DNA of 53,251 nt from Bacteroidales bacterium (GTDB taxonomy: Bacteria > Bacteroidota > Bacteroidia > Bacteroidales > UBA3663). The notes under the pieces are model-generated. The model did not search any database. It was not told where the DNA came from and was given only the letters and a program-made list of their open reading frames with translations. A program made the position numbers and the translations under genes. Where the stretch lies: assembly GCA_017632695.1 (NCBI GenBank), contig JAGBQS010000301.1:1-53251 (forward strand), written 5' to 3'. Below, piece by piece: positions 19,055-28,297 of the stretch (the stretch's first letter is position 1; each line of letters begins with the position of its first letter).

Positions 19055-20104
19055 TTATTCCACAAAACCCTCCATGATGGCGGTAGGGGCGGCGTTATGG
19101 TCGAAGGCGCCTAACTTGTAGCCGCCGGGCAGGCATTGGGGTTCCCAGTAGAAGACACCGCGGCAATGGCCGTCGGTTTCGGTTCTGGCCTCGCGTACAA
19201 CGCGGGTGAGTTGGCGCCGACCCTCATCCATTACTTCCGGATGCTGTTCATCCACCTCGAAGCCGGTTTCCACAATCATCACGTCACAGCCGTACTTCTG
19301 GCTGCAATGGCGGATGTTGCGCATACAGTCGGTAATGATGCTGTCGGCATTCAGTTCCGGATGGTCCTGACGTGCCCAATAGGGATAGAGCGACATGCCG
19401 ATCATATCCCATCGGCCACCATATTTTTTTACGATGTCCAGATTCCAGTCGTAGAGAGACTGCTTGTGTCCGCGGTCCAGATGAATAATCACCTGAGCCT
19501 CGGGAAACACTTTCTTAACAGCTTTGTAGCCCTCGCGGATAAAGCCGGCATATTGCTTCGGGTTCTTTTCGATGTGCCCCATGGGCCACAGGAGGCCGTT
19601 GGCGGTTTCGTTGCCTACCTGTACCCATCGTGGGGTGATTCCGTTCTGCTTGAGCAGGGAGAGTACCTCGATGGTATGCTGGCGCAGGTCGCGTTTCATC
19701 TGCTTATAGGAGTGCTCTTTCCAGGCTTCCGGAATGGGCTGTTTGGCGGGATCGGCCCACGAGTCGCTGTAGTGGAAATCAACCATCAGATCCATGCCCA
19801 GCGCCTTTACGCGCCGGGCCATGATGAGGAGTTCTTCCTTGTTGCAGGTGCCGTGTTGGGGATTGACCCAGACACGCATACGGATGGCCGACATCTGATA
19901 ATCCGTCTTGAGCAGTTCCAGACACTCACGTTCACGGCCCTGTCGGTCATGGAATTTCACTCCGTGCCGTTCCTGCCCCAACAGGAAGCCCACATCGGCT
20001 CCCTTTACAAAAGAAGTATCCGCATTGTTGTGGCGGGCAGAGGCGGTCGGCAACAGACTGGCAACAGCCAGCAGACAAATAGTGAGGATAATCCGTTTTT
20101 TCAT
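19055..20104 (-). CDS. Arabinogalactan endo-beta-1,4-galactanase (GH53)
   Basis: 349 aa with a signal peptide. Contains KGADVGFLLGQERHGVKFHD, IRMRVWVNP, VQVGNE and VETGF (the two catalytic Glu contexts). Confidence 0.9.
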   Translation of the reverse strand: MKKRIILTICLLAVASLLPTASARHNNADTSFVKGADVGFLLGQERHGVKFHDRQGRERECLELLKTDYQMSAIRMRVWVNPQHGTCNKEELLIMARRVKALGMDLMVDFHYSDSWADPAKQPIPEAWKEHSYKQMKRDLRQHTIEVLSLLKQNGITPRWVQVGNETANGLLWPMGHIEKNPKQYAGFIREGYKAVKKVFPEAQVIIHLDRGHKQSLYDWNLDIVKKYGGRWDMIGMSLYPYWARQDHPELNADSIITDCMRNIRHCSQKYGCDVMIVETGFEVDEQHPEVMDEGRRQLTRVVREARTETDGHCRGVFYWEPQCLPGGYKLGAFDHNAAPTAIMEGFVE

Positions 20105-20131
20105 AGCGCGTGTTTATTTGTCGGAAACCGA

Positions 20132-20932
20132 TTATTGTTTATCGATATCCTGAATCACCAGTCCTGCCAGCATGAAGCCGAAGATGGCGGTGATGTGGGA
20201 AAGGGAACCGTTGATCTGTGCCTTTGAAGAGCACCATTCGTGGTTTATCAAAGATGGATCACCAGGCCCCATTTTTGCTTTGGGACACATGCATTGGTCT
20301 GTGCCGCAGGTGGCGTTGTGTCCGCGGTTGGTGAGCATTTCGTCGCTGTATACGCAAAGGAACTTGCGTCGGGGAAGCTGCTTGTCGCGCTTGAACCGGT
20401 TACGCAGGGCGCGAGCCAACGGGTCGCCCTGCACCTTCCAGAACTCGGTCACCCGGATGCGGGTAGGGTCGAGCTTCAGGGCAGCGCCCATTGACGAGAA
20501 CAGCCGGGCCTTGGTTCGGCAGGTAAGGAGTATGAGAGCGGCCTTGTCCTTGAGCGAGTCGATGGCATCGATGACGTAATCGTAACTGCCGAGCTCGAAC
20601 TCATCGGCGGTCTCCTGCGTAAAGATTTTCTGCAGGGCGGTAATCCGTGCCGAAGGGTTGATTGTTAGCAACCTGTCCCGAAGAACCTCCACCTTGACCT
20701 GTCCGACGGTCTGGGTGGTTGCCATCAGCTGACGGTTGATATTCGTGATACAGACGCGGTCGGAGTCTACGATGGTAAGCTGACGGACGCCGCTACGTAC
20801 CAGACTTTCGGCGCACCACGAACCGACGCCGCCCACTCCGAAAATAATCACCCGTTTCTGGGCGATGCGGTCCATCACCTCGTTGCCCAAAAGCAGTTCG
20901 CCTCTGCGAAAAATTGCCTGATCTAATGCCAT
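20132..20932 (-). CDS. tcdA: tRNA threonylcarbamoyladenosine dehydratase (ThiF/E1-like)
   Basis: The start is set at MALDQAIFRR. Contains GVGGVGSW Rossmann-type and RQLTIVDSDRVCITNINRQ motifs. A promoter motif lies inside the longer ORF extension. Confidence 0.85.
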   Translation of the reverse strand: MALDQAIFRRGELLLGNEVMDRIAQKRVIIFGVGGVGSWCAESLVRSGVRQLTIVDSDRVCITNINRQLMATTQTVGQVKVEVLRDRLLTINPSARITALQKIFTQETADEFELGSYDYVIDAIDSLKDKAALILLTCRTKARLFSSMGAALKLDPTRIRVTEFWKVQGDPLARALRNRFKRDKQLPRRKFLCVYSDEMLTNRGHNATCGTDQCMCPKAKMGPGDPSLINHEWCSSKAQINGSLSHITAIFGFMLAGLVIQDIDKQ

Positions 20933-20951
20933 TTTATTTGATATTTGCGTG

Positions 20952-20959
20952 CAAAGGTA
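20952..20959 (-). promoter_or_regulatory. -7 promoter motif (TACCTTTG on the minus strand) for tcdA
   Basis: The plus strand reads CAAAGGTA, 20 nt upstream of the ATG at 20932. Confidence 0.45.
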
Positions 20960-21021
20960 CGTTTTTTCTCCGAAAATGCATAAAAACTGACCTAAAAAGA
21001 CGTTAATCAGAAAAAAAAACA

Positions 21022-21029
21022 TAACTTTG
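21022..21029 (+). promoter_or_regulatory. -7 promoter motif TAACTTTG for the GH5-GH43 / GH97 operon
   Basis: Exact TAnnTTTG match, 45 nt upstream of the ATG at 21074. Confidence 0.5.
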
Positions 21030-21073
21030 CCCCGTTATTTTAATATGAGATTAACGATTCAAGCTCTAACATC

Positions 21074-24000
21074 ATGAAAAGATTATTAGGTCTGATACTG
21101 GTATTGTGCCAAATTGTGTTTGTTGCGGTAGCCGAAGTGTCCGATACGGAACAGGTAGCCGAAGTGCAGGCAACAGCCTCCAAACGGGTAAAGCCTTTAC
21201 CTTCGCTGCATGTGGAAGGCCGGTGGCTGGTGGACAGTCACGGCAATCATGTGGTGCTTCATGGCGTAATGGATACGCCCAACATGTATTTTAACGGTTG
21301 GCGATGGGGTAGTCCTTGGGACGGCTCAGGTACATCGTACAACATTCAGGGAGCCACCAAGTGCAAGAGCTATTTCGCCAAACTGTTTGCCGGCATGGAG
21401 AAGGCCAATTGCGACGTGTTCCGTCTGCATCTGGATCCGGCCTGGACAAACGATCCGTCGGAGTCCTATGTTTACGAGGGTGCCGCCGGACAGCCTTCGG
21501 AAGCTACCAATGAGGCCGACATCAGCAAGTTCAATCCTGCACGTCTGCGGACGTTCATCACGCAGCTCTATCTGCCGCTCATTAAAAAAGCCATGATGCA
21601 CGGAATGTACGTCGTGGTACGTCCTCCGGGAGTATGTCCTCCCAACCTGAAGGTAGGCGACTACTATAACGATTACCTGATGACTGTTTGGGACATCTTC
21701 TCGAAGCACGACAGTATCCGCAAATATTCCGGACAGATCAGCATCGAGCTCGCCAACGAGCCCGTTTCGCTCAAGAATGCCAACGGAGAGGACGATCTGC
21801 GTGCCTTGCACGATTACTTCCAGCCTATTGTCGATAAAATCCGCGCCAACGGATTCTCAGGCATCATTTGGGCACCCGGTACCGGCTGGCAGGCCAATTA
21901 CGAGAGTTATGCCTCCTATCCCATCGAGGGTTATAACATCGGCTATGCCGTTCATGACTATTGCGGCTGGTATGGCTGCAGCGATGCTACCCCAAGCCCG
22001 GAGAACAAAATCCGGCAGTTCCTGAAACAGGTACCTGTGGTAAAAACCGCTCCCGTTATCATTACTGAGGTGGACTGGAGCCCGGAGAATCCCAATGCTG
22101 AGGGTCACTACGACGAGCACGGCAATTGGGTAATACCTAACTACGGTACCTGGGCAACCGGCACGACCTCCAAGTGGGGCAAGGCTTACAAGACGATGCT
22201 CGATCATTTCGGGAACATCTCGATGACGCTTTCGGGTACTTCCTGCCTGCTTGACATTGACCAACTGCTGGCCGACGGTTCCGTGGTGCCTGCCTTCAAC
22301 GGTATGGAGGAAGCCTGCGGCAAGGCCTGTATGGACTGGTATGCCGACTACATCGAGACCGATTGGGCGCATGCCGACTTCAAGAACCAGTCGGTGAGCG
22401 ATCAGGGCAACGGAACCTACAAGAATCCTGTGGTGTTTGCCGACTTCCCCGATCCGGATGTGATACGCGTGGACGATACCTATTATATGGTTACCACCAC
22501 GATGCATCATCTGCCCGGCTGTACCATCCTGAAATCCACCGACCTTGTGAACTGGGAATATTGCGCTCAGCCGCTCGAGCAGCTCTCAACCGCCGACCGC
22601 TACAGTCTCTTGAACGGCGAGAACGCATATGCAGCCGGTATGTGGGCGTGTTCCATGAAGTGGCACGACGGTAAGTTCTATATCCTTCTGAACTGCAACG
22701 ATGCCGGCGGCTTCGTGCTTTCGGCCACCAACCCCGAGGGCAAGTGGGAGAAGCAGAAACTGTCGCGTATCTATTACGATCCGGGCATGCTGTTCGATAA
22801 CGGCAAGGTTTACGTGGCTTGCGGCATCGGCAATATCCAGATGTGCGAGCTTGACGAGGACTTCAACTTCATTCAGGAGAAGAACGTCATAGCCGACAAG
22901 AGCGGACTGGAAGGTTCGCACCTCTATAAAATCGGCGACTACTATTATATTTATGCTACTTACGGCGGCTGGCCATCGGGTCAGGCGGTGTTCCGTTCGC
23001 AGAATATCTTCGGTCCCTACGAGGAGAAGATGCTGGTGGAGAAATGGATAGACAGTAAGCCGAATACCGTACATCAGGGTGCTCTGTTCGATACCCCTTC
23101 GGGCGAATGGTGGACTATCCTGCAGGAGGACTTGGGTGCCTTTGGCCGTATGCCGAACCTGCAGCCTGTCATCTGGTCGGACAACTGGCCTGTGGTAGGC
23201 AACAACGGCGTGCCTTATGCCACACACAAGAAACCAGATACCGGAACCTGTGCGCCCCGTACGGGTCTGCCTACCAACGATAATTTCCGTTCGTATCCCA
23301 TCGGTATGCAATGGCAATGGAACCATACGCCCGATAACGGCGCCTGGAGTCTCTTTGAGCGTCAGGGATGGCTCAGGCTGAAACCTTCCGGATCGGCCGA
23401 CAAACTGACGCAGGCACGCAACATGCTGACCCAGCGTATCTTTGCCCGTCACGACAAGCCGTCGGTTCCATCTACGGGTACCATCCGTCTGGATGTCAGC
23501 AACCTGCAGGAGGGCGACCGTGCCGGTATCTGCATCCTGCAGGACCCGTATGCCGCTATTGCCGTCGAGGTGAAGGACGGACAGAAGCAGCTCGTCTGGT
23601 GGCAGGACCAGCTGACCGCCAACGATGGCTTCACGCCAGCCGAGAAGACGCAGCAGCTTGCCATCGACAGTGTGATTTACCTGCGTGCCGCCATTACTTA
23701 CGGCACCAGCCAGACACAGTTCTACTATTCGACGGACAACGAAACCTATCAGCCATTGGGCGGACAGACCACTTTGGGTTACAACCTGTCTGTATTTGTG
23801 GGTGCACGTTTCGGCCTGTTCTGCTACAATACTCAGACCGGACAGTCGGAGGGCTATGCCGACATAGACTGGTTCTCGACCGAAACTTCGTTCAATGAGA
23901 CAGACTTCTATCCGGAGACTTTCGAGGGCTATAGCGCCGAGATGCTGACAGCTGTTTCCTTGCAGCCTGCCACTTCGGAAATGGAAATCATGGTGGGTAA

Positions 24001-24808
24001 CAGCGGCACGCTGCAGCTGATGGCAACCTATCAGGACGGACATACGGAGGATGTATCGGCTCAGGCTCGTTTTACGAGCAATACGGAAGGTGTGGCTACC
24101 ATACAGAACGGTCTGGTGCGCGGCCTGAAGGAAGGCATTGCCGAGATTACGGCTGCCTATACCGACCCGATGGGCAACGAACTGACTGCTACGTTCTCGG
24201 TTCGGAGTACCTTCTTCCCGTTTGCTTCGCAATACATCAATACTTCGCTCTTCTCGTCAGGTATCTATACCGAATCGACGCATACCTTCCAGCCCGGTCA
24301 ATGGGGTCAGATGGGATGGGTTTACAACAATGGCGCCGATATGTCGGGCTACCGCTATCTGGTAATCAAGCTGTCGAAGATTCAGACCTGTTCCGCTCAC
24401 TTGAACATCTTCACTTCCTCCAGCATCTGGGGCGAATGCTATAGTACGGCCGATTTCAGTACCAAGAAACAGATAGTGGTCGATCTGCAGAATGCCAAAT
24501 ATACCAGCGATGCCCAGAAAGGTCAGCCGCTCGATACGAAGAATATCCATATCGTCTGCTTCTGGGGTAACGGAAGCGGAACGGTTGCAGTGAACGATAT
24601 GTATCTGACCAATAACAGCGATTACTCGCGCGAGGAATCGACCGGCATTGCCGACATCCTGGATGATACGGACGGTCCGGTTGACGTTTACGACCTCTCC
24701 GGCCGCAAGATCCGCACCCAAATAGGTAGTCAGAAGGCTACCGAAGGTCTGCCGGCAGGTATATACGTTGTGGGCAATCGGAAAGTAACCATCAAAACCT
24801 CAAAATAA
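21074..24808 (+). CDS. Multimodular secreted glycoside hydrolase: GH5 + GH43 (with XynB-type C-terminal beta-sandwich) + Big_2 + an unassigned ~110-aa module + a T9SS C-terminal sorting domain
   Basis: 1244 aa. GH5 motifs are ELANEP and ITEVDWS. The GH43 opening is NPVVFADFPDPDVIRVDDTYYMVTTT, followed by WNHTPDNGAWSL..GWLRLKP (GH43_C2-like) and Big_2 (ATIQNGLVRGLKEGIAEITAAY). The C-terminus VDVYDLSGRKIRTQ...GIYVVGNRKVTIK is a T9SS CTD pattern. Confidence 0.85.
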   Translation: MKRLLGLILVLCQIVFVAVAEVSDTEQVAEVQATASKRVKPLPSLHVEGRWLVDSHGNHVVLHGVMDTPNMYFNGWRWGSPWDGSGTSYNIQGATKCKSYFAKLFAGMEKANCDVFRLHLDPAWTNDPSESYVYEGAAGQPSEATNEADISKFNPARLRTFITQLYLPLIKKAMMHGMYVVVRPPGVCPPNLKVGDYYNDYLMTVWDIFSKHDSIRKYSGQISIELANEPVSLKNANGEDDLRALHDYFQPIVDKIRANGFSGIIWAPGTGWQANYESYASYPIEGYNIGYAVHDYCGWYGCSDATPSPENKIRQFLKQVPVVKTAPVIITEVDWSPENPNAEGHYDEHGNWVIPNYGTWATGTTSKWGKAYKTMLDHFGNISMTLSGTSCLLDIDQLLADGSVVPAFNGMEEACGKACMDWYADYIETDWAHADFKNQSVSDQGNGTYKNPVVFADFPDPDVIRVDDTYYMVTTTMHHLPGCTILKSTDLVNWEYCAQPLEQLSTADRYSLLNGENAYAAGMWACSMKWHDGKFYILLNCNDAGGFVLSATNPEGKWEKQKLSRIYYDPGMLFDNGKVYVACGIGNIQMCELDEDFNFIQEKNVIADKSGLEGSHLYKIGDYYYIYATYGGWPSGQAVFRSQNIFGPYEEKMLVEKWIDSKPNTVHQGALFDTPSGEWWTILQEDLGAFGRMPNLQPVIWSDNWPVVGNNGVPYATHKKPDTGTCAPRTGLPTNDNFRSYPIGMQWQWNHTPDNGAWSLFERQGWLRLKPSGSADKLTQARNMLTQRIFARHDKPSVPSTGTIRLDVSNLQEGDRAGICILQDPYAAIAVEVKDGQKQLVWWQDQLTANDGFTPAEKTQQLAIDSVIYLRAAITYGTSQTQFYYSTDNETYQPLGGQTTLGYNLSVFVGARFGLFCYNTQTGQSEGYADIDWFSTETSFNETDFYPETFEGYSAEMLTAVSLQPATSEMEIMVGNSGTLQLMATYQDGHTEDVSAQARFTSNTEGVATIQNGLVRGLKEGIAEITAAYTDPMGNELTATFSVRSTFFPFASQYINTSLFSSGIYTESTHTFQPGQWGQMGWVYNNGADMSGYRYLVIKLSKIQTCSAHLNIFTSSSIWGECYSTADFSTKKQIVVDLQNAKYTSDAQKGQPLDTKNIHIVCFWGNGSGTVAVNDMYLTNNSDYSREESTGIADILDDTDGPVDVYDLSGRKIRTQIGSQKATEGLPAGIYVVGNRKVTIKTSK

Positions 24809-24814
24809 CTCATT

Positions 24815-26752
24815 ATGAAAAAACTATCTGTTTGTTTAGTTCTGTCTTTATTTGTGTCGGGCCTTCTTGCCTCAGAACGCAGTTTTAACAGTCCGGACGG
24901 AAGCCTGACGGTAACCGTTACGGACAACGGCGGCCAGTTGGCCTATTCGGTGACCAAGCAGGGAACTCTGTTTATTGAATCGTCTCCCCTGGGTCTGGTT
25001 GCCGATCTGGATGACCTTTCGAAGGGCGTAACCCTGACGTCAGCCGACGAGAAACGAATCACCGATTCCTATCAGCTGAAGACCATCAAGCAAAGTCAGG
25101 TGAACTACGAGGCTACCGAAGCGGTTTGCCAGGTGGAGAAGGATGGACGTCACGCTATGGATGTTATTTTCCGCATCTCGAACCGCGACGTGGCTTTCCG
25201 CTATCGGGTATATCCGAAAAAGGATACCCGCGTGTGCGTAGTGAAAGAGGAGAAGAGCGGCTTCTCGCTGCCCGAAGGTACTACCACATTCCTGTGCCCG
25301 CAGTCGAAGCCGATGGGCGGCTTTGCCCGTACATCGCCCAGTTATGAGACTTCGTACACCCTCGATGAACCCGTCGGCAAGAACGGATGGGGCGAGGGTT
25401 ATACTTTCCCCTGTCTCTTCAAGACTGCCGACAAGGGCTGGGTGCTGATCAGCGAGACCGGAACCGACGGAGGCTACGTGGGCTGCCGTCTGCTGAACCA
25501 GCAGGGCGGAAGTTACAGGATCGGCTTCCCGCAGCCGGGCGAGATGAACGGTATCGGCTCGGTTACGCCAGCCCTCTCTCTGCCGGCAGCCACACCTTGG
25601 CGCACCATTACCATCGGCACTACGCTTCAGGATATCGTGGAGACTACCGTGCCTTGGGATGTGGTCGAGCCTAAGTATGCCGCCAGCAAGGAGTACACTT
25701 ACGGCAAGGGAACCTGGTCGTGGATCATTAAGATGGACTCCAGCTGTAATTTCAATGAACAGAAGAACTATATTGACTTTGCTGCAGCTATGGGTTACCG
25801 TTCGGTGCTCATCGATGCCCTATGGGATGTACAGATCGGTTATCCGAAGATGGAGGAGCTGGCCCGCTACGGTAAGTCGAAGGGCGTGGGTATCTTCCTG
25901 TGGTACAACTCCAACGGTTCGTGGAACGATGCTCCGCAAAGCCCAATCGGCAAGATGGACCGTTCGGCAGCACGTCGCAAGGAAATGGCTTGGATGCAAA
26001 AGACGGGTATTCTGGGTATCAAGGTGGACTTCTTTGGCGGCGACAAGCAGCCTATGATGCAGCTCTATGAGGATATTCTGACCGATGCCAACGACTTCGG
26101 CCTGCAGGTTATCTTCCACGGATGTACGCTGCCTCGCGGCTGGGAGCGCATGTATCCGAACTATGTGGCCTCAGAGGCTGTGCTGGCTTCGGAGAACCTG
26201 CACTTCGGACAGGGAGCCTGCGACAACGAGGCCAAATGCGGCTGTATCCATCCGTTTATCCGCAATACGGTCGGCTCGATGGACTTCGGCGGTTCGACCC
26301 TCAATAAGTACTACAGTGCCGACAATAAGCGTGGAACGGTCCGCCGGACAAGCGATGTTTATGCGCTGGCTACAGCCGTTCTGTTCCAAAGCAGCGTGCA
26401 GCATTTTGCGATGGCTCCTAACAATCTGGAAGATGCTCCCGAATGGGCTATCAGTTTCATGAAGGATGTTCCCACAACTTGGGATGAGGTCCGCTTCGTA
26501 GACGGCTATCCGGGCAAGTATGTGATCTTTGCCCGCCGTTCAGGCGGTAAGTGGTATGTTGCCGGCATCAATGCCGATGAGAAGCCGCTGAAGACCCGCA
26601 TCTCGCTCCCGATGTTCGAACCTAAATCCGCTCTGACTGTGTACAGCGACGATGCCTCACTGAACGGTAGCGTCAGCACGCTCAAGCAGAACAAGAAGCA
26701 GCAGGTTGCCATCGAGATTCCTCAGAACGGAGGAGTGGTGATTATGCAGTAA
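24815..26752 (+). CDS. Glycoside hydrolase family 97 (alpha-glucosidase / alpha-galactosidase type)
   Basis: 645 aa. After the signal peptide comes SPDGSLTVTVTDNGGQLAYSVTKQGTLFIESSPLGL, the characteristic GH97 N-terminal domain opening. GIKVDFFGGD follows in the catalytic barrel. The gene starts 6 nt after the upstream gene. Confidence 0.85.
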   Translation: MKKLSVCLVLSLFVSGLLASERSFNSPDGSLTVTVTDNGGQLAYSVTKQGTLFIESSPLGLVADLDDLSKGVTLTSADEKRITDSYQLKTIKQSQVNYEATEAVCQVEKDGRHAMDVIFRISNRDVAFRYRVYPKKDTRVCVVKEEKSGFSLPEGTTTFLCPQSKPMGGFARTSPSYETSYTLDEPVGKNGWGEGYTFPCLFKTADKGWVLISETGTDGGYVGCRLLNQQGGSYRIGFPQPGEMNGIGSVTPALSLPAATPWRTITIGTTLQDIVETTVPWDVVEPKYAASKEYTYGKGTWSWIIKMDSSCNFNEQKNYIDFAAAMGYRSVLIDALWDVQIGYPKMEELARYGKSKGVGIFLWYNSNGSWNDAPQSPIGKMDRSAARRKEMAWMQKTGILGIKVDFFGGDKQPMMQLYEDILTDANDFGLQVIFHGCTLPRGWERMYPNYVASEAVLASENLHFGQGACDNEAKCGCIHPFIRNTVGSMDFGGSTLNKYYSADNKRGTVRRTSDVYALATAVLFQSSVQHFAMAPNNLEDAPEWAISFMKDVPTTWDEVRFVDGYPGKYVIFARRSGGKWYVAGINADEKPLKTRISLPMFEPKSALTVYSDDASLNGSVSTLKQNKKQQVAIEIPQNGGVVIMQ

Positions 26753-26777
26753 ATGGTAAACACTAAATATATTATGT

Positions 26778-26806
26778 AAGGCCTGACGCTGAAGACGTCA
26801 GGCCTT
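26778..26806. terminator. Bidirectional terminator hairpin between convergent genes
   Basis: AAGGCCTGACG / CGTCAGGCCTT 11-bp stem with a 7-nt loop, flanked by T-rich (plus) and A-rich sequence. Confidence 0.65.
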
Positions 26807-26879
26807 ATTCGTAGGGTTCAATATAACGTACTATATTACAGAAGTAACTCCTTGATACATCATTAGTCGGATTTTTCAG

Positions 26880-27455
26880 TTATTTCTTCATGTAGAATGC
26901 ACTGTCTTGCAGTGTGATGGATGGGAGACCGTCCATGGGCAGTATCCTATCCATAAGGGGACGGGCTGAGGCTGAGAGTTCCTGAGCCTTACGGATGCGG
27001 ATTTCTGACGGGCGTATGTAGCGACCCAGTGCATTTACGTCGAGACCCGAGAAGCAAGTGGTACCATCGGCGCGTTGCAGAACTCCATATTGTCCGCTTT
27101 TGCTGCGCCAGACGTAAACATCTTTCAGCGCATCCTTCAGTCCAGGCATGTCGAAGAGAACCAATGGGGCATCGTCGGCAGCCACATGCCCGAGCCATTC
27201 GTGCAACTGCTTGCGGTCCAGCTCAATCGCAGTCATGGCTGGCGTGTCCACCGTTGGAGTGGGGTCCATCTGAAAGGCTTTGTAGAGCTCCTTTTGGAAG
27301 GCACTGCTCAGTTTGATTTCGCCATCGGACGCTTCGGTACGGATGGTGTCAGTCTGTTCGGCCCGGACCTCGTCAGTCGTGAGCCACAAGGCCGATGTCA
27401 GGCAGGTTGCTGCACACAGACGCAGCACGGAGTGCATGGTTTGTTTGGTTTTCAT
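26880..27455 (-). CDS. Hypothetical secreted protein (no family recognised)
   Basis: 191 aa. It has an N-terminal signal peptide (MKTKQTMHSVLRLCAATCLTSALWL) and its own promoter motif. I see no recognisable motif. Confidence 0.5.
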   Translation of the reverse strand: MKTKQTMHSVLRLCAATCLTSALWLTTDEVRAEQTDTIRTEASDGEIKLSSAFQKELYKAFQMDPTPTVDTPAMTAIELDRKQLHEWLGHVAADDAPLVLFDMPGLKDALKDVYVWRSKSGQYGVLQRADGTTCFSGLDVNALGRYIRPSEIRIRKAQELSASARPLMDRILPMDGLPSITLQDSAFYMKK

Positions 27456-27459
27456 GGCG

Positions 27460-27467
27460 CAAAGTTA
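27460..27467 (-). promoter_or_regulatory. -7 promoter motif (TAACTTTG on the minus strand) only 4 nt from the annotated ATG
   Basis: The plus strand reads CAAAGTTA. The ATG is at 27455-27453, which implies either a leaderless mRNA or use of the in-frame ATG at 27437. Confidence 0.35.
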
Positions 27468-27614
27468 CGTAGTTTCTCCATGCCCCGTTCATTCTGTTAA
27501 CATTTTATGTGAAAATCGCTATCTGCTATGGTTGTTTTTTGACAAATGCAACAGATTTTAGGTTTTATTAAGGGTATCAGGGCCAGAAGTCTTGCAGATT
27601 CAGCAGGATTGTTG

Positions 27615-27622
27615 TAACTTTG
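27615..27622 (+). promoter_or_regulatory. -7 promoter motif TAACTTTG for the SprT-like/nuclease operon
   Basis: Exact match inside the ORF-track extension, 24 nt before the ATG at 27646. Confidence 0.5.
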
Positions 27623-27645
27623 CCCTCAAAACCTCAACCCAATAT

Positions 27646-28287
27646 ATGCTAGCTACCCAGGAATATGTAGAACGGAAGTTCAATGAATTCAACAGACTTT
27701 GCTTTGACGGGAAACTGAAGCCTCTTCCCATTCGGCTAAGTCATGCCCGAACCTTTTTGGGGCAGCTGTCATACAAGCGTACCCGAAAATGGCTCGGCTC
27801 GTGTCAATTCACTGACTTTGTGCTAAAAATCAGTGTGCAGACGGATTTGCCCGAACAGGAATTGGAAGATACCATCCTGCACGAGATGATTCATTACTAC
27901 ATTCTTTCCAACCAGATGCATGATACATCAGCACACGGTGAGATTTTTACCCGGATGATGAACGACCTGAACAGAAGATACGGAAGGCACATCACGGTTT
28001 CGCGTCGTCGTACAGCTGAAGAAATGGAACGCGATGTGAGGATACGCCAGCATCTGGTTTGCGAGGTTCGGTTTAAGGACGGACGTACGGGTATCATGAT
28101 TGCAGCGCATACGCGCCTTGCACAGCTATGGGATGCCATAAAACGGGTTCCAGAAGTGTCCGATAGCCGTTGGTATGTGTCCACCGACCCTTTCTTTAAC
28201 CGCTTCCCGCGGGCATTGACTCCCAAGGTGTATAAGATATCGGAAGCCGATCTTGAAGAACACCTGAAAGGAGCGACAAGATTATAG
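27646..28287 (+). CDS. SprT-like zinc metalloprotease domain protein
   Basis: The start is set at MLATQEYVERKFNEFNRLCFDGKL. Contains the HExxH motif ILHEMIHYY, and the length and layout of a SprT-like family member. Confidence 0.75.
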   Translation: MLATQEYVERKFNEFNRLCFDGKLKPLPIRLSHARTFLGQLSYKRTRKWLGSCQFTDFVLKISVQTDLPEQELEDTILHEMIHYYILSNQMHDTSAHGEIFTRMMNDLNRRYGRHITVSRRRTAEEMERDVRIRQHLVCEVRFKDGRTGIMIAAHTRLAQLWDAIKRVPEVSDSRWYVSTDPFFNRFPRALTPKVYKISEADLEEHLKGATRL

Positions 28288-28297
28288 GAATAGAACT

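Noticed and set aside
22586-24232. Long antisense ORFs opposite many genes. Examples are 22586-24232 (548 aa), 49849-51441 (530 aa), 9394-10809 (471 aa), 16027-17199, 14659-15810, 19136-20227, 4592-5554 and 3084-3986.
   Set aside because: The same codon-bias artefact applies. Each is fully nested antisense to a gene with clear family motifs. The translations are Val/Gly/Arg/His-rich with no recognisable domains.
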